A program made the position numbers and the translations under genes. Shown here piece after piece: positions 1 through 13,184 of a stretch of 64,000 bases of DNA (position 1 is the first letter of the stretch; each line of letters opens with the position of its first letter). The notes under the pieces are model-generated. The model was not told where the DNA came from. It searched no databases and saw only the letters and a list, made by a program, of their open reading frames with translations. The DNA comes from Dipteris shenzhenensis (Eukaryota): the NCBI GenBank assembly GCA_047967505.1, contig CM106538.1. One strand, written 5' to 3'.

Positions 1-533
1 GAGGCATTGAACGGTGGAGAGACCCAACATATATGCTTCTATGATGCTGTTGGAGTTGGCCTGATTTTGAGAACATGCCATGTAGCTGATCCCAACAGTT
101 TGATTTTTGGGAAGCAGGATCATATTATGCTTTGGCCACTCAGATGGAAGAGTTCCAATACCACATTTGCCTTGGTCCCACATCTGGCAGTCATGGGCAC
201 TATGCATTTTTTCCAACTAATCATTTTTCTTAGGGAAATTTTGACAATCGAACCCCCGACAAAGGAGAATCATCAATAGCTCTGATAAAACATTGTGTTC
301 AACTTAAACAAGGGGCCTCTATTTCCCCAAGTTATGTAGTTGCATATCCATGTCCGAAATCTTCATGCTCACCACATCCAGACCTTTGAAAACATATTTG
401 AGACACATTTTTGAAAGCCTCTCCATCCATTATGCCACATCTCCCACATGCTATTTGATGATCATCGAATCATGAACAATTCCCTTAAGTCAAACATTAT
501 GCTCCGCACACAATCTAGGGATGGATTGTGAAT

Positions 534-1003
534 GGGAAGGGGGGCATGTTAACTGCAATGGTTAACAGGTCATGTAAGCACCTCATATGATTATAATGAC
601 AAGTGGAGAAGTACAAGAGGGTGTGAGGTAGGTGATATGCTATTTGCCTTAGAGTCATATGGGCCCAAGTGCTTGTAACAAGAGAGTGAGAGACGTGAAA
701 GAGAATACAAGGGTTAGCCCTCCCTTCAAAAGGTGGATTGTATAAAAGGCCAGAAGCTTGAGTTTGGTCTTCATTGTGTACATGCAACATTTGGAATACA
801 AGCTCTCTCATCCTCATCATTCTCTTGTGAGTGCAACTTCTTGCTTCCATTGTGTGTTGCCTTGTAATTTCCACTCCTCTCCCTTCACACTTCCCTTCCA
901 CTTCTTATCCCCATTACCTCCTCTCTTTCCCCTTCCATTTGTCCCTCTTCCTCTCTTCACTCTTGTGGAATCACACTGACACAATCTAGTAGACACTTGT
1001 GTG
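534..1003 (+). mobile_element. Polypurine tract plus start of a Gypsy-type LTR (3' end uncertain)
   Basis: GGGAAGGGGGGCA at 534-546 is followed by TGTTAAC at 547. The same PPT/TGTTAAC junction and the block CTTCAAAAGGTG..TTGTATAAAAGGCC..TTTGGTCTTCATTG recur inverted at 32080-33010. Confidence 0.6.
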
Positions 1004-1974
1004 ACACAAGTGCAAGGCTCGTGTATACAAAGCTCCCTCAAGGAGTTTCTTAGGAGTGGAGACTTTGATGACATTCTTCCAAAATCCCCATGACAAATGA
1101 GTCACCGCCAAACTATATAGAATTTGACCTAACATGAAAACCTTTGAATGACCTAAGATGTGGTCATTATAGAGCATAACTACATGGAGATAGATGTCCA
1201 TGTCTTCAATGTCAATGCCTCATCCTCACCTCATCCATTGGCCACCTAGATCCTCATCAACTTCGCAAGGGCAAGCAAGTTTGATAAGATAAGGTCACTC
1301 TGGCATCTAAGTGGCACCATTTTTAAATCATTTGTTACACATGATGACAATGATTGATTCAAAGGAAGACTCTAAATGGAATGCACTATGGCACATGCCT
1401 CTGAGACATTCACTAAGGAATATGTAAGATAACATGTGCATTCATAAGAATGGGTTTAGTGATTGGATACTTTACACTTGTTTTATACAAAAGGGATAAA
1501 GTTGATAATTTGTGAAGGATTTTGATAAAATCCCTATTTATAGTAAGGCTATTAACTTGACCCTTTGAGGCTCGAGCACACATGTTATCTATTGAATAGT
1601 GAAATCCTTCAGACACATGTCCGCACTATTGTGTGAGGGAGAAGCAATGCATTTTTTTAACAAAAACAATGTAAACAACCTTGTGCTCTTATTATAAGTA
1701 GACGATAAAAATAGTGCATATTACCTACATACATCTACCTAATTCTATGACAAGTACCAATCTCCTAGGTGACTCCAAGGAGTTCAAGAAAGGTGCTTGC
1801 TGTGCACCATTTCTACCTTTCACATAATTTGAAACATGACACCTTGCTCTTTTATTGCATTGAGATTGGTTAACCCACCTACACAAAACAAAGATGGTCC
1901 TTCCTCTCAATTCAAATAAGACCATGGATTCCAATTTGCCACCACAAGGTTTAAATCCCTAACTACTCTAAACA

Positions 1975-2110
1975 TGAGGTGGAATTTCTTTGGGTCCAAA
2001 CCATGGAGAACATGATGTGGAATTTCTTTAGGTAGAACTATGGCAACCCAAATTCAATCCTTGGCTAGCCTAGAAATAATGTGGAATATTTTAGGTCCAA
2101 CCATTGCAAG
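1975..2110. repeat. Three short direct repeats (TGTGGAATTTCTTT(G/A)GGTCCAA..CCAT)
   Basis: Near-identical motif at about 1978, 2017 and 2080. Confidence 0.5.
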
Positions 2111-2201
2111 GGGGAACATGACGGATGTGGAACTGTAATTAAGTGTGCTCTTGATTGACATCAATTAGAATTCACTCTCAAGATAGACTATAGAATGCCC
2201 C

Positions 2202-2530
2202 TTGACCATCGCCCCTGCAAGGGTACAAGTGGATTTTCAGTTGTGCAAGGAAACAATATGCTTAGCCGACACCTTCATTAATCTTGGTGCTAGCCACAAG
2301 TTGATCTCCTACAATCTGTGTACCAGGCTCCTAACATTCCAAGTAACCCTGGAACCCATGCCTGTCATGGTACATGTAGTAAATGGCAAAATCTTGCTCG
2401 TTATACGTTGCATCAAAATTTTTTTATCAGTGAATAACCATTGTGTGGCAAGTACATTTTGTTTTATGCTATCAAGTGCCATGGATGAATAGGTCATACT
2501 CGAGCAAACATGTTGCTAGGTAGTGAACTG
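2202..2530 (+). pseudogene. Degenerate retrotransposon aspartic protease (Gypsy-type)
   Basis: ADTFINLGASHKLIS resembles LIDSGASHNFIS, followed by V..VNGK.L. The catalytic Asp is lost and stops follow. Confidence 0.55.
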
Positions 2531-4534
2531 CCAAATGGATTGGCAAGAATTTACGACGACCCTAACTAATGATGATCGCACCTCAATTTTCACAATCGAT
2601 GATCTGACTTCCATTCCACCATCAGAAGGCTGGCAAATAGCCTATGATCCTAGCAATCCCAATGATGGCTCCCTTATCTACTATAGCTACTACTACTCCA
2701 AAATTAACTAGAATCATACCGCCCCAAAAAAGGATGGGACCTACTGTATCTCTGCTTCTACCTCCCCAATCACACCAAGACAAAGTAAGAATGCAGTTCT
2801 ACCTCTCCAATCCCATTCTCCATCCACAAAGGTTCAAGCTAAGCCATGAAGGAAGACTAGTTTTTGAAGATGCAAACCAAAAAAAGGGCAACACCGGCAA
2901 CATTCCCAATGGATACCCAAAAAGTTGTTGGAAGATCAAGTATTCTACCAAGGAAACACCTTCATATGGGTACCCCAAATGCGTAAGTCTCTAATGTGTA
3001 CCACTCAATGCCCTATATCATCCATAACAAAGACTGCAATAGTGCCACAAGAACCTGCCTCTAAGTTGAGTTGCTACTATAAAAATAATGCAGCAAGATA
3101 ATGCAACAATTGATTGTGTTGTTGCTATACTAATAATGCAACGATTTCGGTGTGCTAAAAAAATAAATCCACTTGCCCGTCATCGCTGCCATATTTACAC
3201 CACTTTACTAATAACTCCCCGACCTCTAATGCAATGACATGCCATCCACTAATGCCAATATTTGCTTTAATAAAGTCACCTGCTGCTGCTGTAATAATGC
3301 TTACTCACTACTTTATTAATGCCGAGTCGCCTAAATCCCCTACTAATGCCAGTCATCACACTGTGATATTGCTAAAGCTAACCCACTGCTTTAATAGGTT
3401 CCCTATATAAATAGCTAGCCTCATTCTAGAGGACCTCGCTTGCTCTCTTATCGAAACTCTGCCGAAATTTCTTTTGAGTTCCCACAGGCTTTGAAAGCTC
3501 ATGAAATCCCTCTTGCTCACCATGACAATACATGTCCACCACTCTTTGCACTCCATTAGCATCCACAACCTCTTTTTTGCTAAAGAACTCACCTGAGAAG
3601 TGTCATCCACTGTCCTCCACTCTATCACACCTTCATCTTCATGTACAATCTCTGTGCCACTACCTGACCAAATGGAGCAGGAACAATCCTCCCTACCACC
3701 TCAATATCACCAAGCAGAAAAATTAGTTGATAGATACAATCAGGCGATGCACATCAAGTGTACACCACTAGCTGGCTACACGTTGACAGTGATTATCATT
3801 ACTACTAGTTCACGATGGAAATGGTTCACCATGCCTTCAATCTCCCAGCACACCCCCTACCATTAGCTAAGCTAGGGGTCATGGACAAGCTCTTGGCCAC
3901 AGTGGTCGATTACAATTCCAAAGTACACAGGGGGGAGTCCCCATCAATCTTATCAAGGATGCAACACTGGCTTGGGCAGCTCGTGCCATCACATTACTAG
4001 CATAGGTCTAGCTAATAGAGCATCACAACATGGTGCTTCCAAATTTCGTGGCTCTCCTCCACAAGCCCAAACCCACAAATTAGGATGATTTCTTGTACAC
4101 CAAAATCATTCATATTTGCATGTATAGCAAGAAGATCAGCAACCCAATGTTCCTTATGCCCACCATACATCACCTATCTAACGATCCAATTCTAAAAGGC
4201 TATGGTGATGCAAACAGAGACATGGGTCTACTTGCATCTCCCTCGGGCCTCCACTAAGTCCATGTCGACAAAGCCCTTACCAAAGAGGAGAAGGGAAGAG
4301 TAGAGTCAAAAGCCATAGGAGGAAGTACCTACAAAAAGGTAGCAAGACAAAGAGGCCACCCGCAGACTCCAGGAAGAAGAGGATCCCCAACAACAAAGGG
4401 TAGCAGCCAAAATACAATGACAAGACCTTCTCCAATAGCATGAGGAAATAGAATGGCTATGGGTAGAGGAAGAACAGAAGAAGGCTATGGATATTGCTGA
4501 ATGTCTACGCCAAGAGCATAGACTTAAAGAGGCC

Positions 4535-5885
4535 CACACTGGGTACTCTTCTTCATACTCAAATGGTGAGTCTACTTCCTCGGCTTGTAATTGATGTATT
4601 GGAACAGCCTTAGGAGCTGGATTTGGGGCTCTTGGATATGGTTGTGGATTCGAATTCTTGCGTAGTTGTGGGACTTGTGTCCGAATGGGAACAAGATTTA
4701 GCCTTGGAGCTGGGGGTGCTTGTGCAAGTGCCGGTTGCTTGTACACTGGCATGGGTGCCGCCTGGTATTGTTGAGGTCATGGCAGGTTATTGCACATGTT
4801 GAAGATGCAATTGTTTTCATCATGGTCGCCGACGACGCAGATATGGCACCACAACCTTAGCAGTGGATTTGCTTGTGCAGTGATCTTGGCTCTTAGGACC
4901 GGGCACTCATTTGCTGTATGATTGGCCATCCAGTGTGGACACCAGACATTTTCTCACCGTGGATATGTCTGAGTTGGCGGCTGAGACAAGTGAAGTTTTT
5001 GTTCCATGGCCTGCATCATGTCTTCTTTTAGCTTCAGGGTCATGGCCTTTAGGTGATCTTCATTTGATGTTTCGACAGTGGCCTTTGATTTGCCCTTTTT
5101 TGAGTGCTTATCGTGTGTACTAGATCTGTCGTCATCACTGCTAGTGTCTAAGTTGGTCATGCCATCCTCGATGTCAATGGCTGCCGCATGAGCAGCATTG
5201 AACGTTTCATAGCTACTTATCTTTTTCATATCCTTTTGGCTTTTCTTTCTTAGTCTTGCAATGAACCATGCCGTGAGGTACTTTGCATCTGGGCGTGGGT
5301 CACATTTGGCAATTAATCTTTTCATCTTACCCAAGTACATGCGTACATCTTCTCGCGGGCCTTGTTCGATCTTGCTTAATTGGAGAGCGGGATCATATTA
5401 TAGCCTCTCCGTTTGAAAGCGTCGTTTGAATTCTATTGAAAGTAGGTCCCATGTGACGCGCTCTTCCACTAGAAGGTCTAGGTACCATTCAGACGCTTCA
5501 TCAGTTAAGGCCATGGGAAACCAAGCCACCTTGGTTTCATGGGATTGATCTCCACCTGCTCAGCATGTGGCATCAAAATGCTCGAGGAAGCGGGCTGGAT
5601 CTCCCCTACCATTATATTTGGGAAGTTTCAGTTTTCCCAAGGGGCGTCTACCTTGATTGTTATTATTTCTTTGATTAAATTGTTAGCTTCTGCATCGAGG
5701 TCGATATCCCCATCATTGTCGCGACGGTGTCCAGCCATGTTGGGGCGTAGAGGAGTTAAAGGGAGTGATTGAATGTCATGGGGGCATTTGGGGTAGAGGA
5801 TTGGCGGGGGCGGTGGTTGCAGCGGAGTTATATGCAGATGTGGCAAGCATTGGAGTCAAAGGCATTGGCCGAAATGTAGCTGCAT
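4535..5885 (-). pseudogene. gag: Gypsy gag (copy A), frameshifted
   Basis: KLPKYNGRGDP, WFPMAL..EASEWY, YLGKMKRLIAKC..WFIA motifs and a Cys/His knuckle region. Matches ORFs 18949-20370. Confidence 0.8.
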
Positions 5886-6344
5886 GTAGATTGGGCGAGA
5901 TTTGCCAAGGGTGTCTCTGACACAAGTGCGGGGTGGATGAAGTTTTGTGGGGAGGGTTAGAGTGGTGGTAGTTTGTGTAGGGACCGTCGTGTTAAGAGTG
6001 TGCCTAAGATTGTCCTACGTGTGTAGGGAACTGTGCCAGTGTAGACGGATCATTAATCGGAGGTCACGACGTGAAGATACGAACGAATTTGTGCGAAACG
6101 TGGCCCACACGGGGGGGTGAATGAGCGAGTGCTAGGGGTGCCAAAATGGTGTGCAATGGGCTGGAAAAATACCCCATAGCATGGTGTTTCCGTCTGTAAA
6201 ATCTGGGTTCAAACAGGGTCCAGTTTGGGTCCCAAATGGATGAGTTATGAGGGGTTAAAGTAGGGGTAAATTTTCTTTTTATGGAGGGGGGGTTCCTAAG
6301 GGTGGTGCGAATGGACTTTAAGTCCAATTGAGGGGTTGGAACCA

Positions 6345-7138
6345 AGTTAATCTAGTTAGGTTAACTAACCTAGTTACTAGAACTGGAAGGTTAACCTAAC
6401 TAAGTTGACTAACTACAATTAGTTACTAACTAAAGGTTAGTTAGACTAACGTAACTGTTATTAACTAACCGAGGTTAAACTAACCTAACCTAGGTTAATC
6501 TAACCTAACTTAGGTGTGACTAACCTAATCGAGGTTAATCTGACTTATGGTTAGCTTAGTGGTTAAGTTAGTTTTTTTTAAAAATAAAACTGTGTGGGGG
6601 GGAGCTTCCCCGACGGCGGCGATGCGAGGACGGGGGGAGATTGTTTCGACCAGGGGGGTGCAGGGGAGGGGAGGGGAGAGGGGACGGGGGCGGGCGTGCA
6701 TGCGATGGCAGGGTGGGGGGCACAGGGGAGGGGAGGGGAGTGGGGACGAGGGCGCAGGGGGGGCGCAGGGGAGGGGAGGGGAGAGGGGACGGGGGCGAAG
6801 GGGGGGTGCAGGGGAGGGGAGGGAGAGGGGAAGGGGGCGGAGGGGTCTAGGGCAGGGGGGAGAGGATCGGGGGCGAGCGGGGAGGATGGAGGGGAACGGG
6901 GTGGTGAAAGATCACGGTGGGCGGGGTAGGGCAACAAGTTGGCGGTGGGCATGAGTGGCGGGGCACGGGGGCAAGCGACGGGCGCGGGGGCAAGCGACGG
7001 GCGTAGGCGATGAGGCGGGGTGCGAGGGGCAAAATGGCGCTGCGGGGTAGGGGCGGGCGGGTTGCGGGGGGGTTTGTGGTGAGGGGGAGGGGGAGGGGGG
7101 TGGGATACAGAGAGAGAGAGGGGAGAGAGAGGGGGAGG

Positions 7139-7213
<75 letters not shown>

Positions 7214-7218
7214 GGGGA

Positions 7219-7308
<90 letters not shown>

Positions 7309-7343
7309 AAGGGGGAGGGAGAGAGCGAGAGAAGAGGGAGGGG

Positions 7344-7392
<49 letters not shown>

Positions 7393-7400
7393 AGAGGGAA

Positions 7401-7447
<47 letters not shown>

Positions 7448-7449
7448 AG

Positions 7450-7491
<42 letters not shown>

Positions 7492-7975
7492 AGGGAAGAG
7501 AGAGAGAGAAAGAGAGAGGGGGAGGGAAAGAGAGAGAGAAAGACACAGAGAGGGGGAGATGGGGGGGTGGGAAGGGGGGGGAAAAGGGGGGAGGGGGGGG
7601 GTGGAGATGGAGGGGGTAAAGGGGGAAGGCGATGGTGGAGTGGAGATGGAGGGGGAGGGAGGGAGGGGAAGGGGGTGCTGGAAATGGAGGGGGGGAAAGG
7701 GGTGGCTAGATATGAGGGGGGAGGGGGAGAAGGGGGGAGGGGGTGTTGGAGATGGAGGGGGGAGGGGCAGGGGGAGGTGGTGGTGGCGGAGATGGGAGGA
7801 GGGAGGGGGGTTGAGATGGAGGGGGGAGGGGGGAGGGCGGGGAGGGGGAGGGGGTGGCGAGATGGAGGGGGGAAAGGGGGAAGGGGTGGTGGAGATGGAG
7901 GGGGGAGGGGGGGAGGGGGTGTGAAGATGGAGGGGGGAGGGGGTGGTGAAAATGGGGGGGGAAAAAAGAGAGAAG
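6345..7975. repeat. 5' UTR low-complexity cassette of copy A: TAACC-rich tract, G-rich tract, (GA)n, GGAGATGGAGGGGG repeats
   Basis: Read directly. The same order of modules occurs at 20830-23170. Confidence 0.9.
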
Positions 7976-8608
7976 AAAAAAAACTTGATGGACGGAAATT
8001 CAAAGGAGGAAGAGGTGATCACCTGAACGCTCTCCAGTCTTTCTCAATGTAATGGGATTGTTAAGGAACAATGGACGATGGGTGGATGGCTAGGTTATCA
8101 CTGGGAGATGGGGCTCGAAGTCACTTAGCATGTGAGGATGGAGTAAGGTGGTGGTCGATGGAGGGAAGAGTGTCTTGCGTAGGGCTCAGAATGAAGAAGA
8201 GGATTAAGGAAAAATGTGAAAGATGAAGAATGAGGGGGTGGAGTGGGTTCTTATAAGAAATGAGTTTAGGTTTAGGGTTTAGGATTAATGTTAAACCCTA
8301 AACTCTTCCCGAGCCGTAACTTTTTATGGATAGCTTGGTTTGCTCTTCTACAAAAAGGTGAAATGATCAAAATTGCAAGCTCTATGCATTCATGTCCACT
8401 ACCTAGCCTAATTATTGTACAAGTGGCTTCTATTTAAGAAATAAAGAAAATTTCTTAAGGTAGTATGCTTGGGGTAGATATGTTTGGCTAGAAATGGAAA
8501 AAAAATTTACTCTCCTTACCCTTGAGTGTTATGTTCGTGAAAGTTCGAAGTAGTTTGTTTTTTTACACATACCTAACGTATGTTTACTCATTACTTGAGA
8601 TGCTAGTC

Positions 8609-8626
8609 TCCCCAATAGTGATGCTA
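8609..8626 (-). promoter_or_regulatory. Degenerate tRNA-Asp primer-binding site (copy A)
   Basis: Minus strand TAGCATCACTATTGGGGA lies 2 nt after the LTR end CAACA, at the position homologous to 23816-23833. Confidence 0.6.
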
Positions 8627-8628
8627 AA

Positions 8629-10025
8629 TGTTGGCTCTTTCCTACAGCTTCCATAGGAAGAGCAGGGTTTTCTCAGTATGCATGGTTCCGAGGCTTTTTG
8701 TCACCTACAAATATATCGAGGTTGTCGGTTGTAGTATATGTGTAGCTTAGGACCTCGAGTTTGTGTTTCAATGAGAGACATAGGCTTAAGTGTGGTAAGC
8801 AAACAAAGTGCATGCATGTGTAAAAGGAATGCATATCATCATGATATTGGGTAATGAAGACTTTTGTCTTCATTGGGGTTGCAAGATTTAGGGGAGTTTA
8901 AGGAATAGAAGTAGGTTCCAGGTTTAGAAGGAGTTTCAGGGTTAGGAGGAGTTCCAAGCTTAGAAGGTTCCAGTGTTAGAAGGAGTTATAAGGTTTAGAA
9001 GGAGGTTCCAAGGTTAGAAGGATTCCAAGGTTTAAAAGGAGTTCCAAGGTTAGAAGGAGTTCCAGGGTTAGAAGGAGGATCCAAGGTTCAAGATAGAGTA
9101 CATGGTGGAGAACTCCTCTCCCTCATAGATCATGAAGTTTAAGGGTTGAGGAACAAAGGGTTTAAGGGGAGCATAGGAGTGGCAGAGGAAGAAGGTGTAA
9201 GAGCATAGGGGAAAGAAGAGAGAGAGGGAGGAGGAGGAGGAGGAGGAGGGAGGAGGAAGAAGAGGGAGGAGGAGGAGGAGGAGGAGGAGAAGGAGGAGGG
9301 AGGAGGAGAGGGAGAGGATAGGTTGCAAGGTTGGAGGAGAGGGGAGGAGGAGTTGCAAGGTTAGGACATGCTTTTGGACGTGGAGTGCAAGGAAGCATGG
9401 AGACTTGAGACAATTGCTTGGAATATCAAAGTAGAACTCAACACAATGCCCCAAGGAGTGTGGGCTTCATTCCTTTATGGGGTATTTATACAAGTTGGAG
9501 AGCTTCTCTCTCTGCATGTAGAAATTGTAACACATTCTCTCTCTACATACAGAACTTGCATATAGAAGTTGCATGTAGAAGTCGTATGTAGAACTTGCAT
9601 GTAGAACTCGCATGTACAACTTGCATGTATAACTCGCATGTAGGAGTTGTATGTAGAAGTCGTATGTAGAACTTACACGTACAACTCAAGAGTACAAGTC
9701 GTATGTAGAACTTGCATGTACAACTCACATGTACAAGTCGTATGTAGAACTTGCATGTACAACTCACATGTACAACTCGCATGTAGGAGTTGCATGTAGG
9801 AGTTGTATGTAGAAGTCATATGTAGAACTTGCATGTAGAACTCGCATGTACAACTCACATGTAAGAGTGCAGGTAGGAATCGTATTTAGAACTTCATGTA
9901 GAACATGCAAGTTGGATTTCTAAGAGGGATTATTTCTAGCCTTATGCCAAGTACAAGTGGAGCTTTGCCGCTACTCTACACACACATTGTGTTCTATCTA
10001 AGTCCATGTTGGCATAGAGACAACA
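8629..10025 (-). repeat. LTR shared between copy A (as 5' LTR) and copy B (as 3' LTR)
   Basis: TGTTGG...GACAACA termini, homologous to 12018-13184 and 23836-25009. PBS/5' UTR lies on the left and the 3' UTR (TACTCCTGGATCC...) on the right. Confidence 0.9.
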
Positions 10026-10849
10026 TACTCCTGGATCCATTTTATTACCCATCCTCAGGTTATGGCTTATTTTGATTTCGGAGTTGGGATGCCATGTGTG
10101 TAACCCAGTGGCTGTTGAGCTTGTGGCATGCGAGTCAATCATGTTGTAATGCTTTTGCACCATACACTTTGTGGTCTGTAGTCAAAAAGCTTATCTCCTC
10201 TTAAGGAGGGGTAGACGGTTGTGAATTTCAGAGGGGATCTCGTTGCTGAGGTTGCGGACTCTGCCATCGAATCTTCTTGGAAAGAGGGTTTGGCGGGGGT
10301 CTCATTGTTGAGGCTGGCATTTTTTGCTATCTTGCATACATGTTGGACGCAATTGCACCCGTATCATTGAGCTTGGAGATAATTTGTATGCAAGTCTAAT
10401 ATTTTTGCATATAGGAGATGGCTGTGATGTTTGGCAGGGGTCTCGTTGCTAAGGCTGCAGACTCTTTTGCCAATTCATCTTGAGTTTTAGCATAGCTTCT
10501 TGTCTTGCTTGTGAATTCATTGCATGCTTTAAGACTATGGAATGAAAGTGTGTGATACTATTATTGATGCAATCTATTATGTGCCTATGCAAAATCATAT
10601 GAGTGCACATGATGTGTCTAACTATATGCTTATTTGTGGGATTTATAGGGAAACTAAGATTCGATCATCCATAATACGAAATTGATTAGGTCATCCTAAA
10701 TGTGCAAAAACTACATAAGCCAGTGAGTGTGCGTGTAATAATCTAGTGCAAATTATATGTGCAAAAACGTGCATATGCTAGTGAGTGCTCGTGATACAAT
10801 CTAATCCTAACTAAGGATGACTTGGTTTCCCAAATTTTCATTTTTGTCC

Positions 10850-12017
10850 GGGATGGCTTGCGTATTGATGTAGTAGCACTTCAATTTGCTCCCGTTTATT
10901 GTTGTGTTGAATTGGACTCCATCCAATGTTTCAGCAGCACAGCTCCGATGGGATTCGTCTTTCTTACTCAATAGGGTCCTTGACCTAAATACTTCAGTTT
11001 TCCCTTGTGTACTTTGGCATTGTATAATAGGACTAAGTCGCCTTCCTTGATGTCTTTAGCTTTCAGATTTTTGTCAAACCATGCCTTCTTCTGTGTTTTT
11101 CTGTTGTCATGGCATGGTAGGTGACTAGTGTTGTCTCTGTATGCTTCTCCAACTGATAGAGCCTTTCTTTCAAGCATTCATGGTCTCCCATGTGTTCCTG
11201 TACTAGTATGCGTAGGCTTGGTATTACAAATTCGAGTGGGACCACAGCTTCAAAGCCGTACAGCAATTGAAAAGGTGTGTTCCCTGTACTGACCTTGAAT
11301 GTGGTTCTGTATGCCCATAAGGCTACATTCAGTTTCTCTGCCCAATCAAAACGTTGTGGTTCTACTACCTTGGTGAGGATAATGCATATTATTTTGTTGG
11401 TGGATTCGGCCTATCCATTCCCTTGGGGTAGTAGTGTGTGCTTTTTCTATGGATTACCATGAAGCCAGACAAGAGTTCTTGGATTACCTCATTGACAAAA
11501 TGTGTGCCTCTATCTGACACAATTTCAATGGGGCATCCGAATCGGGTGATCACATTTTTGTATAAGAATCTTGCTGTGCTTCTGACATCTGCCTTTCTGA
11601 CTGCTTTAGCTTCAGCCCATTTTGTAAAGTAATCAGTGGCCACAATGATGTAGCGTGCCTATGTTCCTTTTGCTGCTAGATGTATGGGACCCACATAGCC
11701 AATCCCCATTTTGCAAATGGTTTTTGTGCAACAACTATCATTGGTAGTCCGTTGGCATACATTCATAGCCTTTTTACATATTCATAGGCATCTGCCCACA
11801 GTGTTGGCCACCAGTAGCCTATGAGAACTTTTCTTGCTATGGCTTCCCCTTGGAAGTGTCCTCTTGCAATGCCTTCATGGACTTCACTCAGGATTGGCAT
11901 GATCTCATGAGGCATTTCACATCTTCTTAATATCTGGTCCTTGCCCATCTTATACAGTTGTCCTACAATGAGTTGATAGGGTGCAGCCTTTAGAATCCAT
12001 TTTTTGGCATCTACTGC
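10850..12017 (-). pseudogene. pol: Gypsy integrase (copy B)
   Basis: HEGIARGHF..YWWPTL, ATDYFTKWAEA, IVSDRGTHF, GPY motif. Stops and frameshifts present, no chromodomain. Confidence 0.9.
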
Positions 12018-13184
12018 TGTTGGCTCTTTCCTACTGCTTTCATAGGAAGAGCTGGGTTCTCTCAGTATGTAGGGTTCTGAGGCTTTTTGTCACCTACAGA
12101 TATATGTGGGTTGTTGTTGGAGTATACGTGTAGCTTAGGACCTCGAGTCGTGTTCCGGTGAGAGATGTAGGCTTAGTGTGGTGAGCAAACATAGTGCATG
12201 CATGTGTAAAAGGAACGTGTATCATCATGATTGATGTAATGAAGGCTTTCGCCTTCATTGGGGGTTGTAGGCTTTAGGAGGACTTTAAGGGTTAGAAGGA
12301 GGTTCAGGGTTGAGAAGGAGTTCCAGGGGTTTAGAAGGAGGTTCCAGGGTAAGAAGGAGGTTCCAAGGTTTAGAAGGAGTTCCAAGGTTTAGAAGGAGGT
12401 TCCAGGGTTAGAAGGAGGTTCCCGGGTTTAGCAGGAGTCCACTATTAGAAGGAGGTTCTAGGGTTCAGGGTAGAGTACATGGTGGAGAACTCGTCTCCCT
12501 CGTAGATCATGGAGTTGAAGGGTTGAGGAACAAGGTTTAGGGGGAGCATAGGAGTGGGAGAGGAAGAAGGTGTAAGAGCATGGGGGAAAGAAGAGAGAGA
12601 AGCGAGGAGGAGGAGGAGAGAGGAGGAGGAGGAGAGAGGAGGAGGAGGAGGAGGATGGAGGAGGATGCGGAGGAGGAGGAGGAAGGAGGAGAAGGGAGGC
12701 GGAGAGGGAGAGGATGGGTTGCAAGGTTGGAGGAGAGGGGAGGAGGAGTTGCAAGGTTAGGACATGCTTTTGGATGTGGAGTGCAAGAAAGCATGGACAC
12801 TTGAGACAAATGCTTGGAATACCAAAGTAGACTCAACACAATGCCCCAAAGAGTGTGGGCTTCATTCCATTATGGGGTATTTATACAAGTTGGAGAGCTT
12901 CTCTCTCTGCACAAAGTTGTAACACAAAGTTATATCACAAAGTTGTAACACAAAGTTGTAACACAAAGTTGTATCACAAAGTTGTAACACAAAGTTGTAA
13001 CACATTCTCTTTCTACATGTAAAAGTTGTAACACAAAGTTGTATCACAAAGTTGTAACACATTCTCTTTCTACATGTAGAAGCTGTAACACAAAGTTGTA
13101 ACATAAAGTTGTATCACAAAGTTGTAACACAAAGTTGTATCACATTCTCTTTCTACATAAGTTCATGTTGGCACAGAGTCAACA
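12018..13184 (-). repeat. 3' LTR of copy C
   Basis: TGTTGGCTC...GTCAACA. Roughly low-90s percent identical to 23836-25009 by eye over the first 220 bp. Confidence 0.95.

Larger units (their letters stand above)
4535..10025 (-). mobile_element. Athila-like Gypsy copy A: 5' LTR (shared), PBS, long 5' UTR and gag, truncated at about 4535
   Basis: 4535-8628 is colinear with 19017-23835 of copy C. Homology ends at CACTGGGTACTCT. Confidence 0.85.

Noticed and set aside
6547-8052. Long Pro/Ser/Leu- or Gly/Glu/Arg-rich ORFs resembling extensins
   Set aside because: They are translations of (GA)n and G-tract repeats in the retrotransposon leader, open in several frames on both strands.
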